This document shows positions 50,257-64,000 of a stretch of 64,000 nucleotides of DNA, piece by piece. Under the pieces are notes generated by a model, which worked only from the letters and a program-made list of their open reading frames with translations, was not told the origin of the DNA and searched no databases. Each line of letters starts with the position of its first letter. The stretch's first letter is position 1. Location of the stretch: assembly GCF_009914755.1 (NCBI RefSeq), contig NC_060926.1. The stretch is one strand, 5' to 3'. The position numbers and the translations under genes were made by a program. This DNA comes from the human T2T-CHM13v2.0 reference genome, Homo sapiens.

Positions 50257-53200
50257 AAAACACAGCAGCCAGGTTTACACCTTATGGGCCCAGCCCTCTA
50301 GAGAGTTGCAGGTCCTATTTCTAAAGTCCTGGGCAGGGATCTTACTGACTAGCTTGGTGACTGCATCGAGGCTGATAGGCTGGGTTATGTAGGTAACAAG
50401 TAGCCCACTGTTTCAATGGATGAAAATAGCGAAGTTTATTTCTGACATATGCAGTATGACCACTGAGTCAGCAGGAGGGCTCTGGGCATCACAGTCACTG
50501 GGTGACCCAGTCTGACAGAGTTTCATCTCAACAGGTGTGTCCAGGATCTCAGAGACAGGAATAGAGAACATGCTGGCCCACACAAGGGCTCCTAAGGCTT
50601 CTGTCTGAAAGTGACATTCCACCCACTTCCACCCACATTTTGTTGGTAAGAGCAACTCACATGGCCATGCTTGAATTGAAGTGGATGGAGAAGTCAACTC
50701 CTACCATGGGCCTGGCATAAAGGAGACTTGAACATCTGTGAACAGCCCGGATGACTACCATAATGACACCTCACCAAGAGCCCCTGCCCACTCCATTTCA
50801 CCTGGCCCATCGCTGCAGGACTTCCCACTGTGCAGGTGAATGCTGCCAGGGAAGGAGGGAGAGAGTCCATGGAGGGTTCAGTTTCTAGCTGTTGCTATCT
50901 GGCTCCTTTTCTGTGGCAATAAATAGGTAAACATTGTCATGGCAGAGATGTAGAAGTCCCGCAGGAGGCGCCCTGTGAATCCCAGAGAGTTGCCGAGCCC
51001 AGCCTCTGGGCCTCAGAGTCACAGGAGGGAAGATGTCTTCCCAGCTCAACCCTTCCCCTCCTCCAGCAGGAAAGTTGCACTTTTGAGAGTGAAGGCCGGG
51101 TGGGGGTGAGGTGGGAGTGTGGCACCTTTGGCATTTTCTGCCTGAACAAAACTGCGGCCCCTGTCTGCCTTGGTGGCTGTCCCTGGCTTTGCTTTCAGAG
51201 ACATCACCTCTCTGTGGTCATTTTGGAGGAAGATGTGCCTCGGGATCTGGGTTTCGAGCTCTGGCTCTGTCGCTAACGGGCTGGCTCTGTGACCTAGGCA
51301 GGTCAATGAACCCCTCCAGAGCCTCCGTTTCCTCATCTGTAAACTGGGTTATCATAATGTCTGCCTCCCTAGCGAGCTCTCTGGATTCTCGTGAGGACCG
51401 GCTGTTATGGGGGGCATCACGGCTCTTTGTCCAGGTGACACGTGGGAAATATGAGGGCTTATCTTTGTGCTGCTGTGGCCTTCTTGGGATTCTCCCTGAG
51501 GACTGGCCCTGCCCTGCCTTGCTCTTGCCCCTGGGAACGGCCCACCCTGTCTCCTGCCTCCCCACCCAGACGGGAAGCAGTCACTCTGCCAGCTCTCAAG
51601 GACTCATCTCTGAGGTTTTAGACAGAATAATTTCCTCTCCCTCTCACGCCTGCCTGTCCGGGAAAATCACACAACCCACGCAGGACCCCCCCTACGTGCA
51701 CCCACATGCCCCACAGCCATTGTCTCCTGCACCAGCCAGCAGAAAAGCAGAGTGGGGCATGGGAGGAGGATGCGGAGGCTGCAGGAAGGGGGGGTGACAC
51801 CCCCAACCCTGAGGGTCTCCTGGTGTCAGGCCAAGAGCTGACATGGACATGGGGAGACAGGAGCCAGGCTCCTTCCAGATCCTCCCACAACCTGGGTTTC
51901 AGCCACCCTCAGCCACCCTGCCAAGGCCGCAGGTGCTGCACAAGGCCACAGGCAAATGTCCGGCTGAGGACTGAGGTAGGGGCTGGATCCCACAGCCCAT
52001 TGGTAACAGAGACTGGATGAGAACGCCCGAGTCCAGTGCTCTTTCTGCACTGCTTCCCAGAACTTCCTGCCACTAGGGACCTGCAGCCAGAAAGGACAGG
52101 GCAGGAGGTACAGAGAGAGCAGAGAGAGCCTGCTCCAAGGGAGAGCCTCGGGACACAGGGAGTCTCATTCCTCCCTCCCAGCACGGGCTACGCCCATGCC
52201 ACTCAGGCCTGAGCCACAGGGCACTGCCTAGCCCTGCTTGGGCCGGGGCTCACCAGCCCTTACAGACAGCAGGCCCCGCCTCCAAGACACTACCCCATGG
52301 CAGGGGAAAGCCTTGGGGTCCCCATAAAATGCAGGCATCGCCAGACAGAGAATAGGTCTTCCCAGGATGGGAAGATTTACTTAGGGAGGGGCCACCCTGG
52401 ATACCCTGCCCTCCAGTAGCAGCCAGGTTCCGGAAGATCCCATGAGGGGCCAGTGTGGACCCCTCCCCTTCAACCATCCAGGCCTGCAGGTCTGGGGCTA
52501 ATGGTGGGGAAAGGGGGCTCCAGCAGCTGAGGCGGGGCAGAGCCAGTGGATGGAGGCAGAAGGCGGGCAAATCTCAGGCACATTTTCTGCAGTGATAAAG
52601 ACCTTTTGCTCAGCAGCTAGCTTCCACGGCACTTCTCCCCCACATGACACCACGTCAGGGCCCACAGGAGAAAGTCCGGAGTAGGCTGAGGCACTGGGTC
52701 CCCTCCCTTCTCCCAAACACACCTGCCTACAGGGGGCACTGCCCCCTCTCAGAGACTGGGGGTGGAAGCTTAGCTGCAGGGGGTGGGATGGCTCCAGGAC
52801 AGGAGAGCCATCCAAGAGAAGGCCAGGGCTCTGGGAGAAGAGGGGGTCCTACTGCCCTCCCGGAACAGGGCTCCTGGCTCCGTGAAGCCATCTCCACAAC
52901 TCCCACAGCTGCCTCCTCCTGCCCCTCCTCAAACTCCCACAGCCACCTCCAGCTCCCGCACCGTGAGGTCTGCTCCACGACCGCAGGAGCCAGACAGAGG
53001 CCGGGGTAGCCTCAGGCAGACAGACACTTTTGTGGGTGTTCACCCAGAGCTAGACCTCAGGGAAAACAGGGGTGGCCTGGGGGCTGAGAATTCGGCAGTC
53101 CCAGCACATCCAGGACCATAAATACGCCATGCCCTTTGACCCGCTAACCCCACTGTTTGGAATTCCTCCCAAAAACATAATTGCAAAGGGAAAAATAGCT

Positions 53201-56200
53201 ATATGTGCACAGCTGTTTATAGCAACACTATTTATCATAGTAAACAAGTCAAGTCAGCCAAAATACTTTGCAAGTTGTGGGAGGGGGAACTGTGGGTCAA
53301 TAAGGTGGGATATTTATTATACGTACAAGAAAAATGGTAAACTTGTAAAATTACTCATACAATAATGTTAACAGCAGTGAGAAGACAAACTTGCACATAT
53401 CTGTTCAGGCAGCAGACAATGACTGAGCACCCCGTCTGGGCTACACAGCTGCTCCAGGTGCCAGAGAGATCCCCATGAACAGGACCAAGTCCACGCCCTC
53501 GTGGAGGGAACATTCCAGAAGTGCACCATAGGGTCAAAGGTAAATTAAAACCACAGGCAAGTACTTCCCCAAGGCAGGGAGATGGACAGAACCGAGTGTT
53601 GTCCACTGCGGGGTCCATCCTTCCTGGGCTGGTGGGTCACCAGGGAGTGGCCCCACAGAGGTCTGCAGGCTCCTAAGGCAGGAGCCAGACCCAGGATCAA
53701 AGCGAGGGGCACCTGGCCAAGGGCAGTGGGTCCTGCCAGACCACAGGGTCTTCTCCCCACAGGAGGGAAATTTGTCAGGCTGCTTTTAGGAATCCCATGA
53801 ACCTTTGGGGTTTGTGCATGAACCAGGGGAGGAGCAGTCCCCGAGACTGTGAGCTCAGTTTTCTACTAACCTAACAAGCTAGGAAGGGTCACAACTGAGG
53901 GGCTGGGGATCCATTTTGCCTCCAGCATGGCCAGATCTGCAAGCAGGAGATGTCGTATGGTGGCCTGGGAGGCAAAGGGGTCTGAGTCAAAGGTAAAGGT
54001 GTAATCTGAAGGTGGACTGGCCCCCATCCTGCCGGCTCCCTGTGGTCCAGAGAGTTGGAGAAAGCCCCTTGGACCAGAGCCTTCCCACACTTGGTCCTGT
54101 GTCGGGTAGGAGATTTGCAGGAGGCCGTTTCTGCTGTTCCAGAGCCCAGACAGACTTCCCTGGGGTGCTGGGAGCTAAGGCATGGAATTGCAGTCGCCTC
54201 CCAGGTGCAGGGCCCTGGGTGGAGCTGCTGGCTGCAGCCAGGGCCAGGGAGCAGAGATCCCTCTCTGCCACCCTGCCCCACCAAAGGCAATGAAGAAACT
54301 CCAAGCTCTGGGTCTGTGGGAGGCACCAGGCAAACAGAGGAGTCAGCAAGCTAAACATGCTATTAGCAGCGATGGAGAAGTGACAATTGTCTGCACAGCT
54401 ATCAGAAGCAGCTCCCCGCCGCCTGGCACCAGCACCTGGGGAGGGGCTGCCACTCATCGGCCTTCACAGAGATGCCCCAGGCTGGGAAAGAAAGACCAGC
54501 AGGCCGGATGTTCTGTGCCACCACTCCCTCGTCCTTAGCTGCAGGGATCTTGCCCTTCATCCAGAGACTGAGACCTGGAAGCGAGGCCCACCTCTGCACC
54601 TGCCCCCATAGCTGGGCCTTCGTTCCTCAAACTGTAAGCTGGGGATGAAAGTAATACCAGCTTTTGTGGCAGAATTGTTGGGAGGGACCAGTGAGATATT
54701 TTGTCTGAAGCACCTTGCAAATGGTAAAGGGCTATGGGGTCACTGCTGTTACAATTCTTCTATCAAAAATCTAATCTTCAGGGCTTTCACTGTTTCATTC
54801 ACACAGAATGAAATTGAGGCTCAAGAGGTTACATGATTTGACCAAGTCACACAACTGCAAACAAGTAGGTGTCAGTTTCCAGGATCGAAACCAGGAGGAA
54901 GCTCAAAGAGCATCCAGCCCCCATGCTGTAAAAGGGATTCAAGGCCCAGAACCAGAAGGTGATTAGCCTTGCAGCAGGACAGAGGGCAGACAGCACCGAA
55001 GCCCAGGTCTGCTCACTCTGCTGGGAGCACTTCCCAGGCCACTGTGGATCTGGGCCTTGTCCTCAGCTTGGGGTGGCTGCAGGAGCATCCTGAGGAATGA
55101 ACCCATGCCAGAGCACTGAAGATGCCCCCACCGCCCCCGCTGCAGACTCCTCACCCAGGTCTCTTCATCTCAAAGGGGCTGTCATAGAGGCCCAGGGCTG
55201 TGACCTGGAGGAACACACTCCACCTTCCTGACATCCAGCCCGTCTATCACTCTGATGGTGGAAAGGTGGGTTCCAGAGCCTGCTCAAGACACAGTGTGCA
55301 GAGCAGGGAAGGAGCCTGCCCAGGCACAAGGCAGGGGCCCCTCTCAAAGCCTCATGCGCTGCCTGGGGCCCTTGACAACCTGAGGCCTTCCAGGATGCTT
55401 TGAATTCAGTCTTCTTGGCCCTGCTGCTGCCCCACTTGACAGAAGAGAGATGGATGGGGAGGTGAGAGGCACTGCCCGCCTAACCACCCACCACCCGTCA
55501 CTTCTGCCTTTTGAAATCACTTTCGTGGGCAGAGGCAGGGATGCTGATCACACCATGTGGGAGGGACTTGGAGGGTGGGGCGGTGACTCACAGGACAGTG
55601 GGGGATAGGAAGCAGCTCCAGAGCCTCCCTGGTAGTGAAAGGGAAGGGCGCTAGTGACTCAGGGACAGCTGGGGAGGGGCGCATGGGGAGGGAGCTCATT
55701 CCCCCCAGCTCTGTGCCCTGCATGCCTGGGGGGTGACCTCCTGTGGTGGGCCCCGATCTTGCCCCTGTGGGGCAGTCTTTGCCCTCAGCTTGCTTCCCAG
55801 CAGTAGCCAGGCAGCCAGTAGCTGCATGGTGAGTGAATTCCAATCTCGCCCGCTGCCGCCCAGCTGTGCAGACCTTCGGCAGGCTGAGTGCTCCTCTGCC
55901 CTCACATCTAGGCCTTTAGATGGAAGCAGAGCCCGACTCATAGAGCCAATTGCCCATCCTGCAGCTGTGAATGTTGCAGCTTCCAGCAGGTTCTTGCTGC
56001 AGACTTACTGAGAGGACAGAGTGCTGTGGCAGGCCACCCCAGCCTGCTGGGCACCCCCTCCAAGATGGCCCCAACAAATAGTAAATAAATGCCCCACTCC
56101 CAGGCCTGCTTGCTTCCGGTGCTCCTTTCACCTCTGCCCTGCACTGAGCCCCCTGATTATGGCTCCCTGATTCATTCTCAGCAACACCCGGTGTCCCCAG

Positions 56201-56593
56201 AACGCTACACACTGGGCCCTGGTGGGGCACAAGGGAAACAGCACATCTCAGACTGGGGTTTTCAAACCCAAAGAGAGTCTCCCACCTAGACAGAGGCAGA
56301 AGAGAGGCAGGCTCACGTGGTTGAACTGTGTCCCCTGTGCCCATAACACTCAGCCCATCCCCTACCACCTCCTCCCCGGCCACCTTCCCTGACATCGAGC
56401 CCATCCATCACCAAAGTCTCCCCAGAGCCCAACTACTGTCATCCCAAGCCCTGCCTCAGTCAGGCCACTGCCCCCTTCACTTTCTATCCAGGAGACCCAG
56501 CCAGCCAGTCAGCTCTGTCCTGAGATGGAAATGCGGCCACAGGGAGGAGAGCAGGGGGAGAGCAGGGGCCCAGGCTTCTTCCCCTCCTCATTA

Positions 56594-57158
56594 CCCATCC
56601 ATCCATTGGTTCATCTGTCTGTCCGTCTATCCACCTATCTACCCATCCATCCATCCATCCATTCATCTGTCCATCCACCTATCTATCTACCATCCATCCA
56701 TTCAGTCATCTGTCTGTCCATCTATCCATCCATCCATCTACCCACCAATCCATCCATTCTTCTGTCTATCCATCCATGCATCCATCCACCCATTTACTCA
56801 TTCCTCCATCCATTCATTCATCTGTCCATCCATCTATCCATCTACCATCCATTCATTCATCCATCCATCCATTCATCTGTCTACCCATCTATGCATCCAC
56901 CCACCTATCTGTCCATTCTTCCATCCATTCATTCATCTATCCATCTACCATCCATCCATCCATTCATTCGTCTGTCTATCCATCTATCCACCCATCCAAA
57001 CATCTATCCATCCATCCATCCACCCATCTATCCATCCATCCATCCACCCATCTATCCATCCATCCACCCATCTATCCATCCATCCATCCACCCATCTATC
57101 CATCCATTCATCCATCCATCCATTCATCTGTTCATCCATCCACACATCCATCCATCTA
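56594..57158. repeat. complex (TCCA)n tetranucleotide microsatellite
   Basis: ~565 bp of ccat/ctat/tcat variants. Confidence 0.95.
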
Positions 57159-57257
57159 ATCTCAGAATGCTTAATGATGTCACGCCGTGCACATGGGTCT
57201 CCTGGAACATCAGCTCTAAAGGGGGAAGGATTACTTCTAGGTTTGTTCCCTGTGGTA

Positions 57258-57340
57258 ACCTAGTGCCTAGAAGTTGGCAGAAAGTCAGTGTTGAATACAT
57301 ATTTGTTGAATGTCAAATGACTGAATGAATGAATAGATTC
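57258..57340 (+). mobile_element. L2 3' end
   Basis: cctagtgcctagaa...atatttgttgaatg...tgaatgaatgaat. Confidence 0.65.
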
Positions 57341-60300
57341 TTCACCTGGAGAAGGGGAGTAGAGCTCACCAGCTCTCATCTTCAACTCTGGATGATCCAG
57401 TCCAAATCCCAGGCCATCCAGAGGTACAGCCCCAAGTCCAGGAAAGGGCATGACTTGTCCAAAGCCACCTGGCAAGGAAAGAGCAGGGCCGGGTGTCCGG
57501 CCTGGGTATTCTTCACCCAAATTAGTGTTTTCCCCCCTAACTACTAAGAGCCTCCTGTGCCGGCAGTCCCTGGGAGCAGCAGCAGAAGCCTAGAGCCCAG
57601 GAGCGGAGCCAGTGGCCAGAGTAGAAGCCAAGACTAGGAGCCTCTGAAGAGCAGGAACCTTCCTGAGTGGGGTTTGGATATTCCCAGCAGGAGGAAGAGT
57701 GTGTGCTGTGTGGCAAAGCTGTCCCAGCTGCCCAGAGGAGCAGCAAGTGCTCTGTTGGCCTTGCAATCCCTGCCCCATGGCAGGATGAGCAGGCTCTGGC
57801 CTGGAATGCACCAACTGGGCAGCCCTCCAAGCCCAGCCACCGCCCCTAGGCTTTCATGCCCCTCCACCTCTAGCTCTGGGGGCCCCAGGAGTCAATGCCC
57901 ACTTCAGCTCCAGCCAACATGGCCTGGGATCTGGTCTGATCTAGGCTCTGACCTCAGCTCTGCCCCTAGCTGGCTGCGTGGCCTTGGAAAGCTCACTTCT
58001 CCTCTCTGCCTCAGGCAAGCCCTGCTCCTCAGCCTCACTCAGGACTGCGGAAAAATGCATGTTCTTGGGCCTGTCACTAGAGATTCTGCTTCAGCATGTC
58101 TGCAGAGAACTCAGAAATAAGCAGTTTACAAATGCTGCCACTCAAGCATTTAAGGAGACAGGCTGAATGAGGGCAGAGGGCCCCATGGCTGAACCACCCC
58201 ATGGCATCTGGCTCTGGGCAGGCCACCTGAACACTGCCCAGCCTCGGTCCTCTTACCTGCTCAATGAGGATGACCAGGGAATCCTGTGGGTTTTGGCAGG
58301 TCCTGTGGGAGATGGTGTGGTAACAGCACTTGGCCATACCTTACAGGACTCCAAAGGGTAAGGGGCTCAGGTCTATTGGGATCCATTTCGGCTGTGAGTA
58401 ACAGCAGCTGAATACCATGGAAGTTGATTTCTCTCTCCTATCTGTCTGTGGGAAGCTCAGAGCACTTGCTGGCAAGGGAAGGGGTCTCAGAGGTGGAGGG
58501 AGCCCCCACCGCACAGCCCCAGCCTCCCAGGCAGCATAGGGTGGGGACAGGCGCATGCAGAAGTCCTGCTTTCTTCCCTCTGCTTGCACTTTTCAGCCAT
58601 GTGTGGAGCCTCACGGGGCCTCAGCTGCCTCGTCGGTGAAGTGGGTGTAGTGATAGTGTCCACTCTAGGAGGTGGTCACTTTGAGGATTCGATGAGGTCA
58701 TCTGTGCAGCACACCTGCTCAGGGCCTGCGCGTGGCACTCCACAGAGCACAAGGCCAGCTCTACTCCTCCAGGCTGCTGCAAAGTGCTGCCAGTGCAGGG
58801 GCCTCTCCCTGGGGACTCAGGAAAGGCCAGAATCTATGAGGCTGTTGCTCTGGCCCTGCTGCCTGCATCGCTGATCCATCCTCAGCCTGAACCTCAAGGG
58901 CTGCAGCTCAGACACAGCTCTGCTGCTGCTTCCTAGGAACAGAGTGAGGACTCAAAGGGAGGTGCTGGGAGCAACCAAGGACATCAGTGCCTCCTTCTCA
59001 ACCAGACACCCTGGGCTCTGAGCCCTAATGGTTCTCCCTCCCACTGTGGCCTAAGTGTCTTCACATTCAAGGCTCTGGCAGTCAAGAGGATTACATCTCA
59101 ACATGAGATTTGGAGGGACCATCCAAACTATATCACACGGTAAGACATGATGTATGTTTATACACTTTATTGGACAATTCGTTTACTGACAGCCAAAAGC
59201 ACCCTCACAAATACAAAGGCTCAACCCTATCTGGGGAGTCTTTTCAGCCTCATTTTCCACCACTGCTCTTTGATGCCTCTCTGGGTGAACCATGTGTTGC
59301 TTTCTCTTTGCTTTGGCTGCTAACTGCAAGGCCCCTCTAGTCTCCTCAAATTGGTGAACTCCTAGTCATCCTTCAAAGCCCAACTCAAATTCCCCTACCT
59401 CTACAAAGGCTTCTGAGCTCCCCTAGGCAGAACTCAAAGCCCTGTCTTGCTGCCTTCAAATGTCTTCACTGTGGAATTTCCCACATCATTCTCCAGCCAC
59501 TTGTCTGCTGGCCACTCTGCTGCACTGTGAGCTCTTGTGTGCTGCAGCCCTTTCTCTGTGATCTGTTATCCCCTAGCATTGCACCTGGTATGCTGCAGGT
59601 GCTGGTCAATGCTGCATATTGCATTACTGAAAACACTGCTTCCTCCAGGCCTCCTGTAACCCTTGGCTCTCCTGATGTTCTTGCCCAGCTGGGCAGGAAG
59701 GTGGTGCATCTCTCATGTCCCAGGGGAAACAAGCTCTCAGCGAGTGCACAGTATGGGAATAGGCTCCTGCTGCACCACACTGTCCCTGCTCTCTTCAACC
59801 CAGGTGGGATCCCTGGCCCAGACAGGAAAAAGGACACCCAAGGTCACCAGCCTGCTTGGAGCAGAGTGGGGCCTCCAGAATTGGGTAGGAAACACTGGGT
59901 GTGTTTCAGAGCTGGCATGACAGCTGTCCAAATTGACACAACAGTGCAGGAGGCAGGACCTGTGGGAGTGGAGGGAGCTGTCAGGTGCTGAACAATGCCA
60001 CCTGCCAGCCACTGAGGAGCAGAGGGGATGGGGGAATGGGGGGAGAGGGAGGGGAGCTTGGCACCGGGAATGGGTCTGGGACGCCTCCCCCAAAAACCCT
60101 CCCCCCACAAGCCCATGTCCCTCAGCCTCAGGAACCAGAGGGGCCATGGGTGAGGGGGAAGGAGCAAGAGAGCTGAGTCAGAGCTCACCCTGGGCAAAGG
60201 TGTGGACTGCTGGCTCAGGGTCGACCAGGGCTCCTTTGGAAAGCAAAAAACGACCGGGGATTAGAGGACTTTGGAGACTAGGAAGGTGCTTTGTCTGTCT

Positions 60301-61943
60301 TGGGGGCCGGGAGCGGTGCCAGGAGCATCATGGATTGCTGGGGAGCTGGGCCAGGCTCCTGGGCTCCCACCCTGCTCCTCTGAGAGCGGACAGCAGGATT
60401 GAGTAAGCGCTGTGCCCTCTGAACTTTTCTGGAGCCCCATGGAGCTGGGATCCAGGTGCTGAGCTGCCCTGGCCACAGCACACAGATGCTGAGAAGTCAG
60501 TGAGGCCTTTTAGGAAGGCAAGCTGCAGGCAGGGGCTTGCCTTCCTAAGACCTGAGCTCCCAGGCAGGGTGTGCAGGGGAAAAAAGGCCACAGGCTGCAG
60601 CCAGGAGTTGCTTTGTTTTTCTTTATTATTGCAGTTTAAAGACTTTTTTTAATTGTACAAGAACATCTCTTTTTGTTAGAAAAAAAAACCCTGAAGTATT
60701 ACAGGCAGTGTTAATATGTCTCTTAACCACCTAACCCTCCCACAAAACAAATATCTGTTTCTAGAGGTAACCACTTCAGCTACTACCGTTTAATAAAAAT
60801 AATACATGTCACCCTCCAAAAAAATACACTTCAAGCCATACCAAATGTCTAAGATAAAATGTTTCCCTTTCCCTAATAATCATGAACAATTTCTCGGGTA
60901 CTCCTCTGGATCTTTTAAAATTCATATTCATATTCAGGCACCAGATAGTTGTTGTTTTCTCATAAATAAGAATCGATACTTAATGATAGGAATAATAGGT
61001 CCTGCTCTGCATCCTCCCCACCTCCTGGGTTCCTGTGACGCCTCGGCTTCTCCTTGCACACCCAGAGAGACCCAGCCAGGGCCCCGCACTTTCTTCACCC
61101 TTTTCCCTGGGGGTGGACGCCCGTGGTCTTTCCTGTTATTTCCCAGGCAGCACAGGAGAAGCACACATACCCTCAGTCCTGGGTGCATGTAGGGTGACTG
61201 CCCCCGAGGTCGCCACTCAGCGGGTCCTGGGCAGCTTCCGCAGGGACTTGGCCTCTGCTTCCTCCACTGCAGCTGGGGGGTTGGACTGGATCTAGTCCAT
61301 TCGAACCTCCCCAAGGATGGGCAGGGGGCACACCCCTCCCACTGTGCCTGTCCTAGCAGATGACCCGGACCCGGAATGTGGGAGCACCAGGGGTTTGCTC
61401 TGGGCCAAACACCCCTGGACACCCCTGCTCCTCTGCCCCCACCCCCTCTTTACTTCTTCTTTCCCTCCCAATACCACAAGTCCCCACACCATGGCAGAGA
61501 CAGGAGCCTGTGTGGCCAGCAAGCCCAGCGAAGGGGGCTCAGGTGTCATCTCCACCCCCAGCAGAGGAGGGAGAACACCCCCAGCCAGCTTTGCAGCTCC
61601 CCCATTTCTCCCTCTCCCGCTGCTGCTACTGGTTCAAAAGATAAAATAAAAACCCTCTGCATCAACAAATAAAATAAAATCACAATAAAAAATTTATATT
61701 CCTGGGATGTAGGTCTTTCCAAACAGGAGCAGCTGCTGCCAGAGCTGAGTCTGTCAGAAGCAGGGCGGGGCTTTTTTTCTTACTAGGAGTTTCTTTTTTG
61801 TTCTTTTTTTCCCAAGGAGGCACATCCAGTTAAAATACATTCCTGGAATGGGAGCTCCATGCGCTTTCCTGGTCATCAAAGCTGCCGTTTGTTAGCATGT
61901 TCTTTGCCTGTTATCTTGTTTGTTTGTGAGGATTGCTGGAGTT

Positions 61944-62125
<182 letters not shown>

Positions 62126-64000
62126 TTGGGTTGCTGGAGTTCCTGAGTGACAGGATGTTGCAGCAGAGGTGGTGAGTGGCGGGGAGGGGGGTATCCATGA
62201 AGTCAGGAGAGCTGCCTGGCAACTGGAAGCCAAAGGGGTCAACCCACCAGCCCCTCTGGAGACAGCTGTCTGCAGCTCAGACCTCGTTGAATACGGCAGC
62301 CACTCATTCGGCTAAACGTGGGGATGCATTAAAGACATTTGCAGACATCCTTTCTTCTATTGCACCTTTTCTCAGGAAACTTTTAGAAGCATTCCGTCAA
62401 AACTACAGACTAGAACATGAGTCACCCCCTGCACGATGCCCAGTCCTGTCACTGGGCAGTTTCCTGAAAGCTGCTACCATCCCCCATCTGAGTTCCAGAT
62501 GCAGTGCCAAGGCTGGGCTGGGGGCACAGGGAGGAGCTGGCCCAGTGAACGGAGCACAAACCAAGACAGCCCAGTGAGGGGTCCCCAGCGAGAGATAGAG
62601 CAAAGGGGTGCATTCAACATTCAAGTTCCCAAGACCCCTACAACACAGGCTGTACCCAGTGTTGGCATGTGGTAAGGGGCCTGTTGTGCAGGTTGGCCAC
62701 TGCTCAACTGAAAAAAAAGTGGCAGCTGCCAGAGGCTGGCCTTGAACCAGGGAAGCTACCCACTCTTTAGCCATCACTCTGCACTCTATTATGTTGCCAT
62801 TACGGAATGAGAGTGGAGCCCGGATATTGCCCCAGACCTCGACCCTGTGAGTTCAGTGCCACTGGCTGCCCAGAGCCCCTCTCTGTCTGTCTCTCCTTGG
62901 CCTGGAGGAGAGTGTGGCCACAGGTAGTATCCAAAGCCTTTCCTTAGGGCCTTCTCCTGACCTATCCTGCTTCCCGGGCTCAGGGGACATCTCCCGGAGT
63001 TCCAACCACACGACTGAAGATCCAGCGAGCCTCATGGAAGGGGTTGTGTGTTGTCTTTCCCACGTCCCTTTCTTCTCTCTGTCCCTCTGCCCCTCTGCCC
63101 CTTCCCGTGCCTGGGAGAGCTCCAGAGTCACCTTCCTCCATCACAGAGCAATTGAGCTCCAGGCCTACAACCCTAAGATGGGCAAACCCAGCCCATCTTT
63201 GGCTCAGCCAAATCTTCCAGGTCCCAGCCACCCACCCACTTGCAAACACACATACATCTTCACCCCACAGGTGACCTGTGCCATACTCCTAGGGGTGTTC
63301 AAACTCAGGGGAAGGGGTGGTGCTCCCTCAGGGAACAGCGCCATGACTCTACGACAGTCAGTACTGGCAGCTGTCAGAGCTGTCATTCCCTGAGTGCAAC
63401 TCTTAATGAGGGCCTATTAAGTCTCCTCTTATGACTGCATAATTGTTGCCACAAGGAGGCTTTGTTCTCTTTATTTTGGAAATGAAACTGTTTTATATCC
63501 CTAAAGCAAGAGAGATGGACACCAGCTTGGGGCGCACTGGAGAACACAGAACGGCAGGGCAGGGGCTCCACTGGGTTGGGGCTCTGGTGTCCCCAGGCTA
63601 CTGCAGACACAGCCCTGAGCCCAGGGAGCAGCAGCTGTTGTTTCTGCAGCAGAGCGGAGCGGCCAGGTCAGCTCCAGCCCTCCTGTGAGCTGTGGGAAGT
63701 TGCCACAGGCCCACCGGCCCTCCTCACTTCTCCTGTAGCTCCCAGCAACTGTCATCATGAACCATCTGCACCCTCACCACCCCTTAGGGGCTGGGCAGTG
63801 GTAGGGCTCTTATTCCCATTGACCATGAGAAAACAGAGGACGCTGGTTGGCCTGGCCAGGGTCCCTCAGGTGTAAAGGGAGGATTAACAGGAAGAAGAAG
63901 TTGAGCATGTCCTATGTCCGAGGCACATCTGCTCTAAGTCTTCACATACACGACCTCACCTGCTCACTACCACAGGCTGCAGAGGAGGAGCTGAGCTCCC

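Noticed and set aside
56328-57328. 311-aa and 267-aa SIHP-rich ORFs
   Set aside because: Translations of the TCCA microsatellite.

Overview
Primate genomic DNA, almost certainly human. Coding exons 1-6 of an ANKRD36-family gene lie on the minus strand (12595-25901), all with GT-AG boundaries and an unbroken frame. The spliced protein matches my recollection of ANKRD36B (chr2q11.2). A CpG-island promoter lies at ~25.6-27.0 kb. The rest is AT-rich, repeat-dense intron and upstream DNA, a full-length degraded L1PA (32.2-38.4 kb) and a GC-rich, apparently gene-free block from ~41 kb. I see no new protein-coding system; nearly all other ORFs are repeat artefacts. The most notable signals are (i) a U6 snRNA/unknown-RNA chimeric retrocopy with an internal 29-nt deletion, (ii) several locally templated inverted insertions and hairpins, one a mosaic built from two donor sites, (iii) two twin-primed inverted L1s in one intron, and (iv) a MADE1 hairpin with a compensatory base change. 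Repeat subfamily names come from recalled consensus sequences, not from a search.
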